Shown here piece by piece: positions 37,453 to 44,109 of a stretch of 64,000 bases of DNA. Within the stretch, counting starts at the first letter, position 1. Every line of letters begins with the position of its first letter. The DNA is from a virus, in IMG/VR virus record IMGVR_UViG_3300025266_000005, positions 3,708 to 67,707 of that record; one strand, 5' to 3'. The notes beneath the pieces are model-generated. The model was not told the origin of the DNA, did no database searches, and saw nothing but the letters and a program-made list of their open reading frames with translations. Position numbers and translations under genes: made by a program.

Positions 37453-37638
37453 ATGCAAACCGAATACAGAACACCAGGCCAATCATTACGCATCAATGAC
37501 AACGTTGTTGTAAGGGTTTTAGAGGTAGATGGCAATCAGGTCAGAATCGGTATTGATGCAAGCAAAGATATTTCCGTTGATCGCATGGAAATCAGAGAAC
37601 GCAAATTGGCAGATAGATTGGAGACAGCTAATGACTAA
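37453..37638 (+). CDS. csrA: CsrA/RsmA family RNA-binding regulator
   Basis: RTPGQSLRINDNVVVRVLEVDGNQVRIGIDASKDISVDRMEI matches the CsrA pattern; AAGGA RBS. Confidence 0.8.
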   Translation: MQTEYRTPGQSLRINDNVVVRVLEVDGNQVRIGIDASKDISVDRMEIRERKLADRLETAND

Positions 37639-39114
37639 ATCAAATAATGAATGGGTGCCTGAGGTTGGGGATGAGTTTGAGTTCAAACAGCCTCAACAAG
37701 ATAGTTTAATGTGGAAGCAAAGTGTAGCCAGGTATGTTGGAGACAATCTAATTATTGGCTACCACGAAGATTTAGAGTGGGCAATATCTATAGGCTGCAA
37801 CATATTCCGTCAAATCAAAACAGAAGCCGAAAAGAGGCGTGAATTTCTGCGGGTTGACCTCGGAAATTCATTATCAATGGCTGGGTTTATTGGTAGCCAC
37901 ACTGATGATGCAAGGTTAGATAAGTTAATCGATTCAGGCTGGATAAAACCTAAGCCGCTGACTGATGACGTGATCTCAAAACTGCATCATCCTAACAGCA
38001 AGGTTTTTGCGGCGCGCATTGAATCCTATGTTCACGGAGAATTAGATTGATGACCTCAAACAAAATAACCGAATGTACTGATGAGAAGCAGTTGTGTGAG
38101 TGGTCTCCAAGAGTCGGAGAAACTGTTGAAATGACATTTGAGGTTGAAGAGTTAAACAACTGGTTTATTGCAGAGTGGCTAGGAGAGAGAGACGGCAAAC
38201 CAATTTACCGTGATTTAGAAGATGAGCCGCCATCTATTGTTTTGGCGGATACGATCAAGTATTTCATGCGCCCGCATACACCAAAGCCAAGCAATAGCAG
38301 CACTGAATGGAGAAGAATGATGGAAATAAAAACAGACAACAGCAAAGTAATAGACCAGCTCCAAAAACAAAACGCTGAACAGGCTGCGAGGATTGAGAGA
38401 CTTGAAAAAGCAGTATTAATTGCAATACACGCGCTACCTGGTGGCGAGTCAAAGTCTGATGTCAGAGATATTTATGACGAAACCCCCGCCCAATCTTTAG
38501 CGGCGCGGGATGCAGAAGTAGTTCATGCGTTTTTAAATAAACACGGCACTCGAACAGGCGACATTATTGAAATAGACATTATTGATTTGCCTCATGGTAA
38601 GTATGGAAAACAACAAACCAATGGGGAGTGATGGGGATGAGTGAAATTATAAAAATTCTTGACAGCCGATTCGTTACTGATAGAGATATTCGGGTTACCA
38701 AAGCGCTTGTTTCCTCAGTTGAATATAGTGAATTAAAACAACGCATCACCGAACTTGAGCAGCAACTGAAAACGGCAAGAAAAGAAGCATTTATTGCTGG
38801 AGTCATTAAAGGAAATCCAAGCGCCGAAGGCCGATCAACAGTTGACGAAGCTGCCGAAGAATACGCAAACAACCTAGAGGGTAAGTGATATGGATGATAG
38901 AGATGTAAGTACTTTTTTTGAGCCATGCCGGTGTGATGATAGATTTTCGATTGAGCCCCACGGTGATGCTTATGCGCTTTTCTACGGCAGATGCCCGCAC
39001 AAGCATGGTTATAACTTCATGCGAATAAGCGAGGTTTCTTTTAATGCGCCTGATATGAAGGAAATAGAAAACGCATTAAATTCTCATCCGCAACTAGTAT
39101 CACGCCTAAATTGA
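37631..39114 (+). CDS. Four hypothetical early genes (37631-38050, 38047-38631, 38628-38888, 38890-39114)
   Basis: Coupled ORFs; 38628 has an Ead/Ea22-like coiled coil. Confidence 0.5.
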
Positions 39115-39128
39115 ATAAGGACTGACAA

Positions 39129-39332
39129 ATGCCCTTAATGAAAGTATCAGTCTACAGGAAGAAACGCTTTGCGGAAGGCTCACGGCCATCTGTGAACACT
39201 ATTAAGAAATGGATTGATAACGGCGAAATTCAAGGTGAAATTATCGGTGGAATGTACTATGTTGATCTGGATAAGATTAAGCCAGCAAATCACTTGGTTT
39301 CAAAGGTGCTGAGAAATGACGCCACGGCCTAG
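39129..39332 (+). CDS. xis: Excisionase / recombination directionality factor
   Basis: RPSVNTIKKWIDNGEIQG...YYVD winged helix, overlapping the int start. Confidence 0.75.
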   Translation: MPLMKVSVYRKKRFAEGSRPSVNTIKKWIDNGEIQGEIIGGMYYVDLDKIKPANHLVSKVLRNDATA

Positions 39333-40461
39333 AAAGCGCGGGAATAAAGACTTAGCCGGACTGAACCTGTATGTTCAGAAACGTGGTGAGCGTAACTATT
39401 ACCAGTATAAGCACCCTATCACTGGCAAGTATCACGGTTTTGGTTTTGACCGAAAAGAAGCCATTGAAGCGGCGAAGCAATTACAGCAGTTATTGAAACA
39501 AAACCCTGGTTTAGTTGGCAAAGTCGTTCAGCCTGCCGGTTCATTCTCAGAATACCTTGAATATTTCCGCGACGAAATCATTCCCCAAAAACGGGTAAAC
39601 GGTCAGCCATTATCAGATAGTACCGTACGGGAATATTCACGCTTGATTAAAACCTTTATTGCCGAATTAGGCCATCATGGTTTTGAAACCATACGCCAGT
39701 CGCATATAGCAGAATACTTAAACACGCGCTCAACAGCAGAGGTTTACAACAAACACAGAACCTTGCTGGTGATGATTTTCCGGCAAGCGGTTTCAGATGA
39801 AAAATACCCTGATAACATTGCTGAGAAAATAGTAAAGCGCGACATGGATAAAACCAAACGTCAGCCGCTTACGCTTGAGCAATACGAATTGATATACAAC
39901 CATGCAAGCTTTGCCATAAAGAACGCTATGGAGCTATCCCTGAACGCTCTGCAACGCCGTAGTGATATCCAGAAGTGGCGATTTGATAGTAAAGAAGGTG
40001 ATTTTTACCGAGTCGTGATTCAGAAAACCCGCAAGCATGGCAATAACTCAAATATTGAAATACCTGCATCATTGCCAGTGGCCTACTCTGCTGCAGGCGC
40101 TAAAACGCTTGATGATATTGTGCGTAATTGCCGTGATGAATACGCCTGCCCTTACCTGGTCCACGAACCACGGCAACGGCGTAAAGAGTCAAAAGAAAAA
40201 ACACACTCGATGCAGTTATCGGTTAAACAAATTAGTGATGGATTTGCCGAAGCCAGAGAAGCGGCCGGCATTAAAATGGAAAACCCGCCAACGTTTCATG
40301 AGCTACTGGCATTAGGTGAATCGTTACGGGAAAAACAAGGATGGACAACGAAGCAGCTCCAGTTATTGCGTGGTCATCGTAAAGAGAAAACCACGCAAGA
40401 TTATCTGGATCGGCATATTGAATGGGTTAGGATTGAAATGCCGGAGATTTTAAGCAAATGA
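39316..40461 (+). CDS. int: Lambda-type tyrosine integrase with atypical active-site motif
   Basis: N-terminal arm-binding domain (YYQYKHPITGK), QRRSDI, QKT, TFHELLAL, LLRGH and catalytic Y (TQDY). Confidence 0.9.
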   Translation: MTPRPRKRGNKDLAGLNLYVQKRGERNYYQYKHPITGKYHGFGFDRKEAIEAAKQLQQLLKQNPGLVGKVVQPAGSFSEYLEYFRDEIIPQKRVNGQPLSDSTVREYSRLIKTFIAELGHHGFETIRQSHIAEYLNTRSTAEVYNKHRTLLVMIFRQAVSDEKYPDNIAEKIVKRDMDKTKRQPLTLEQYELIYNHASFAIKNAMELSLNALQRRSDIQKWRFDSKEGDFYRVVIQKTRKHGNNSNIEIPASLPVAYSAAGAKTLDDIVRNCRDEYACPYLVHEPRQRRKESKEKTHSMQLSVKQISDGFAEAREAAGIKMENPPTFHELLALGESLREKQGWTTKQLQLLRGHRKEKTTQDYLDRHIEWVRIEMPEILSK

Positions 40462-40488
40462 TTGAGCGCTATTGAGCGCTTTTGAGCG
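40461..40488. repeat. Three 10-bp-period repeats (WTTGAGCG) immediately after int
   Basis: ATTGAGCGCT ATTGAGCGCT TTTGAGCG. Confidence 0.75.
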
Positions 40489-40551
40489 ACCTTGATCGGT
40501 TACCTGATATATAAAAATACTTATGTAAAAAACTATTTTGGAGATATTAAT

Positions 40552-41002
40552 GTGAATATTGATATGGATAATGCGCATGAATGGAATACAGACAAAATGC
40601 TTAACGAATCAATTGACAGCCCAATGGAGAGAAAAGCTGATGAGCAAATCAAAAACAAAGACATTGACGAACTACATAGCGGCGTAACCGCTTTAGTTGA
40701 TGAATTATCAAAACGGGCCTGTAAGGCAGAAAGCAAGCTTTACGCGATCGAGTTTATTGTGGATGAGGCTATTAAAAATGGCTATTCAAATGGGTTTATC
40801 GCTGACGACATTCGCTACGAGTTAAATAAAAATGATTGATAGAAACGCTGGAAGCTGGGTTTGCACATGCATCACCACTGGCAGGGTGTGGGAGGTGTTT
40901 AAATATAACCAAGCTGTGGCGGCAGATAAAACAAACGTGATTATGGTTGAGACTGCTATGGAATATTTAACGCGAATTAATGAAGAAATTAAAGAGGCTT
41001 GA
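40552..41002 (+). CDS. Two hypothetical genes (40552-40839, 40832-41002)
   Basis: GGAGA RBS; overlapping short ORFs. Confidence 0.45.
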
Positions 41003-41011
41003 GGTGACGGG

Positions 41012-41386
41012 ATGAGAAATATAAAGCTAAGGGCTTGGGATAAGCAGCGCAACGAGTGGTATGGGGCCAGCAACCCTGAAAGCTTGACGTTTATTGACTT
41101 CTCAATATTTGGAGAGTGCACGCTTTTGTGTACACCAAGTGTTGAGGATTTAATGAATATTGAAATAACGCAAAAAACTGGACTAAAAGATAAAAACGGC
41201 GTTGAGATTTATGAGGGCGACTTTATCTCTGAGGGTGCAACGGTTTCTGTAATTGAATGGCTACCCAAGCACGCATCTTTTGGTTATAAGACAAAAACAA
41301 GCACAGTAAAGCTGTACGGATTTTTTGGGGAAGTGATCGGCAATATCTACGAAAACCCAGAATTGCTAGAAAAAACTGCTGCATAA
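41012..41386 (+). CDS. YopX family protein
   Basis: IKLRAWDK...TGLKDKNGVEIYEGD...EVIGNIYENPELL. Confidence 0.9.
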   Translation: MRNIKLRAWDKQRNEWYGASNPESLTFIDFSIFGECTLLCTPSVEDLMNIEITQKTGLKDKNGVEIYEGDFISEGATVSVIEWLPKHASFGYKTKTSTVKLYGFFGEVIGNIYENPELLEKTAA

Positions 41387-41436
41387 TACAGTAGTATATT
41401 ATTTCTATATTATTCTTTATTATTTTTAGTGAAAGA

Positions 41437-41660
41437 CGAAAAGTAAAACACTGCCAACTTACTGAATTATATAGGGTAAATTGGTAGGCACGAATGGATT
41501 CGAACCATCGACCCCCACCATGTCAAGGTGGTACGGTAAAACGCGCAAACCTACTAGGGGCGTGATTTTACACCGTTTTTAGCTACTGTCAAAAATGGCA
41601 TTTTCGGCATAATAAAAACAATGGGTTACGTGTTGGTTTCGGACTGAGTTTTACTTTTCG
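41437..41660. repeat. 13-bp inverted repeat flanking the att core (candidate arm-type sites)
   Basis: CGAAAAGTAAAAC at 41437-41449 and GTTTTACTTTTCG at 41648-41660. Confidence 0.7.
41482..41532 (-). other. att core: 3' portion of tRNA-Val(GAC), from anticodon arm to CCA; 5' half absent
   Basis: Minus strand reads ACCACCTTGACATGGTGGGGGTCGATGGTTCGAATCCATTCGTGCCTACCA. Confidence 0.9.
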
Positions 41661-41696
41661 CTTTCGCCAAAAATTATTAATTAAAAGGTGAAAACG

Positions 41697-42491
41697 ATGC
41701 TTAAGGAAATGCTGGTTGGTACAGGATTTGATGGTGTTTTATTGAGACTACGCACGAAAGCCGAATTATTAACTCAGGCCAATAAACGTTCATTGTCTGT
41801 TGGCACTGTCATGAACGATCACCTTTCCACGTTTCTGGTGGTCAGGCTGTGCGATACTGATAAGGTATTTGTCGATATAGGCGCGCACATCGGATCTATT
41901 ATCTCTGAGGTTAAAGCGCATTCCAGTCCATCAAAAATAATTGCCTTTGAAGCGATACCAGATAAGGCCAAAAAACTTTCATCCAAATTCAAGGATGTTG
42001 AAGTTTATGAGTGCGCCGTGTCTGACAGCACTGGCCTTACCCGATTTTTTATCGATCAAAAGCTTAGCGGATACAGCTCGCTTAATAAGATGAAAAACTC
42101 CCGGGAAACTACCGTTGAAATGAACCTGGTGGACAACCTAGTTGACCGCAATGATGTTGACGTTATCAAGATTGATATTGAAGGTGCAGAGCTTGGCGCT
42201 TTACGTGGCAGTGTAAAACTGATTGAAAGATGTAAACCTGTGATCATGTTTGAGTCCGGGCCAAGTGAGGTACTGGGTTATACCAAAGAGGCTATGTGGC
42301 AGTTCTTTGAATCACTTGGCTATCAGCTGTTCATCCCAAACCGTTTACCGCACTCAGCAAAAGGCTTAAGTCTTGAGGCATTTATCGATTCGCACCAGTA
42401 CCCAAGGCGAACCACCAATTATTTTGCAGTGCATAATTCGCGTATTGACGAGATAAAAACAAAGGCAATGAATATCCTCACTATGAAGTAA
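41697..42491 (+). CDS. FkbM family methyltransferase (moron)
   Basis: FVDIGAHIG, IAFEA and IKIDIEGAE motifs. Confidence 0.85.
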   Translation: MLKEMLVGTGFDGVLLRLRTKAELLTQANKRSLSVGTVMNDHLSTFLVVRLCDTDKVFVDIGAHIGSIISEVKAHSSPSKIIAFEAIPDKAKKLSSKFKDVEVYECAVSDSTGLTRFFIDQKLSGYSSLNKMKNSRETTVEMNLVDNLVDRNDVDVIKIDIEGAELGALRGSVKLIERCKPVIMFESGPSEVLGYTKEAMWQFFESLGYQLFIPNRLPHSAKGLSLEAFIDSHQYPRRTTNYFAVHNSRIDEIKTKAMNILTMK

Positions 42492-42526
42492 ATAATTTTG
42501 ACTTAGGATAGCAAGGGATCATATTT

Positions 42527-42542
42527 TGTGATCTCTATCACA
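42527..42542. promoter_or_regulatory. CRP-family consensus box just downstream of a TTGACT-16-CATATT promoter
   Basis: TGTGA-TCTCTA-TCACA. Confidence 0.65.
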
Positions 42543-42561
42543 CTTCTATGGAGGGAGTCCC

Positions 42562-43074
42562 GTGAAAGCTATCCTATTCTTATCTTTTTTATTTTTCTCA
42601 TCGGCCAGTCATTCTGCTTTTATTGCTATATGGGGTGACTCAACCCCATTTGGAGACAGTATTGGCGGATGTTTTGATGAAACTTGTTATGGTGAGTCAT
42701 CTCCAGGTTACTTTACCGAAAATGGCGAAATTTTCTTACATAATGAAACTGTTTTTGTTCAGCTATACACAAAATATTTTGGCCCGAGTCAATCAGCTTT
42801 GTTTTCATGGTCTGTAATAGGCCCGAATCCTTCAAAGGCCATATCCATTTCTTCAGGCCTAGATTCTTATTCCACAACCGCCCTGAGTGGGTCGACCTGG
42901 TTAAACCTAATCAATAACCAAGAATATTATTTCAGTGTCTTGGCGTTTGCATCTGGAATAGATACAGAGGTCTCATGGAGCGTAACCCCATCAGCCGTCC
43001 CCTTGCCTGCAAGTATTTTTTTTCTTGCTTCCTCATTATTAGGGCTAATAGGTATTCGAAGAAAGCTACTTTAA
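42562..43074 (+). CDS. VPLPA-CTERM (PEP-CTERM class) surface protein (moron)
   Basis: Signal peptide; C-terminal AVPLPAS, TM helix, RRK. Confidence 0.85.
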   Translation: MKAILFLSFLFFSSASHSAFIAIWGDSTPFGDSIGGCFDETCYGESSPGYFTENGEIFLHNETVFVQLYTKYFGPSQSALFSWSVIGPNPSKAISISSGLDSYSTTALSGSTWLNLINNQEYYFSVLAFASGIDTEVSWSVTPSAVPLPASIFFLASSLLGLIGIRRKLL

Positions 43075-43539
43075 CCTGACTTGACACGCGAGCAGTTGCT
43101 TGGTTATTCGCTCAATTCCGTCTCTGAGGGAATAATAATCCTGTCGAGCATCTGCATTAAGTTCGGGGGCGATTCCATTATCCACGCTGGCACTGGATCC
43201 GGTTTCGGGCATGTTGTCGCTACTGGCTGGACAGCTTGCGTTGACGCGCAACCGCTTACGGCCAGCATCAACATCAGCACGAAGCTGGTTGTTTTGCTTC
43301 TCTGCATCACGCAGTAAAGTATATTGTTCAGCCTCAACAACTGCCCATTTAGCCTGTTTAGTATCGAGTTCATCTTGCAATTCCCATTGTTTATTGGCTG
43401 CAGTCACAGTAATTGCTTTCAGTGTTTCTGCTGTTCTGGCGTTTAACTCAGCAATCTGCTCACCCATCCGCCAGCCTTGTATTTGCCAGCCTGCAACGAA
43501 CGTCAGGCACGCAACGGTGATAAGAATGTATTTATTCAT
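43066..43539 (-). CDS. rz: Rz i-spanin
   Basis: N-terminal TM, GWQIQGWR, coiled coil, RLRVNASC, QLLACQ. Confidence 0.85.
   Translation of the reverse strand: MNKYILITVACLTFVAGWQIQGWRMGEQIAELNARTAETLKAITVTAANKQWELQDELDTKQAKWAVVEAEQYTLLRDAEKQNNQLRADVDAGRKRLRVNASCPASSDNMPETGSSASVDNGIAPELNADARQDYYSLRDGIERITKQLLACQVRLK
43104..43307 (-). CDS. rz1: Rz1 o-spanin lipoprotein embedded in Rz
   Basis: Lipobox VSGC and Pro-rich CPKPDPVPAWIM in an alternate frame. Confidence 0.8.
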   Translation of the reverse strand: MQRSKTTSFVLMLMLAVSGCASTQAVQPVATTCPKPDPVPAWIMESPPNLMQMLDRIIIPSETELSE

Positions 43540-44050
43540 AAAGACCCGCTAAACAAAGGTTGTCACGCTCAGCTTGCCTGCGGTTATAAAGCCCCTGAAT
43601 GAACCTTCCACTCGCATAAGACCAGTTTGGTTTACCGCTGAATGTATTTGCGAGTAACTTGCAGCCTTTCAAATAATCACCACGGTTAATGTGACGCACT
43701 GATTGACTCTTACATGCCTTGGGCGCGCCTACGTTCCAAGCTAATGAAGAAACAGCGTCAAACACGCCTTGTGGTGGCTCATGCGTTAAACAGCTCAGCA
43801 GCTCCAGCTGAACTTTAGTTAACGCAACACTCATCACCCGATCACATTTTTCTTTTGGCCAGTATTCACCAACAATAACCGGCTCATCTGTCACGTACTT
43901 AGTGATACCGTGACACGCTGTAGGCAGTCCGCCTGCAAACTTATCGGCGTAAACGGTCATACCTTCACTACCGCCCTCCCATAACGCCAGAAACACCATT
44001 AAAGGGATGGATGCCAGCGATAAACCACCAACCTTTGCCAATCTATTCAT
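43532..44050 (-). CDS. Endolysin (GH24 lysozyme, likely SAR type)
   Basis: Hydrophobic N-terminus, EG...YAD...PTACHGIT, AWNVG and GLYNRRQAE motifs. Confidence 0.85.
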   Translation of the reverse strand: MNRLAKVGGLSLASIPLMVFLALWEGGSEGMTVYADKFAGGLPTACHGITKYVTDEPVIVGEYWPKEKCDRVMSVALTKVQLELLSCLTHEPPQGVFDAVSSLAWNVGAPKACKSQSVRHINRGDYLKGCKLLANTFSGKPNWSYASGRFIQGLYNRRQAERDNLCLAGLYE

Positions 44051-44065
44051 GCTTTACTCCAGGCA

Positions 44066-44088
44066 TAAAAAACCGCCCTGAGGCGGCT
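44066..44088 (-). terminator. Intrinsic terminator upstream of endolysin
   Basis: GCCGCC-TCAG-GGCGGT followed by a T run. Confidence 0.75.
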
Positions 44089-44109
44089 TGATATGGCTTA
44101 CATTAGAAA

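Larger units (their letters stand above)
1..41532. mobile_element. Prophage A: lambdoid early region plus contractile-tail (myovirus-type) virion module; left end lies outside the window
   Basis: Contiguous phage genes (baseplate, sheath, tube, capsid, portal, terminase, holin, replication, cro/cI, recombination, xis/int) ending at a tRNA-derived att core. Confidence 0.88.

Noticed and set aside
41482-41560. Intact tRNA-Val gene
   Set aside because: The D arm and 5' acceptor strand are missing; similarity stops at the anticodon arm, so it is treated as an att core
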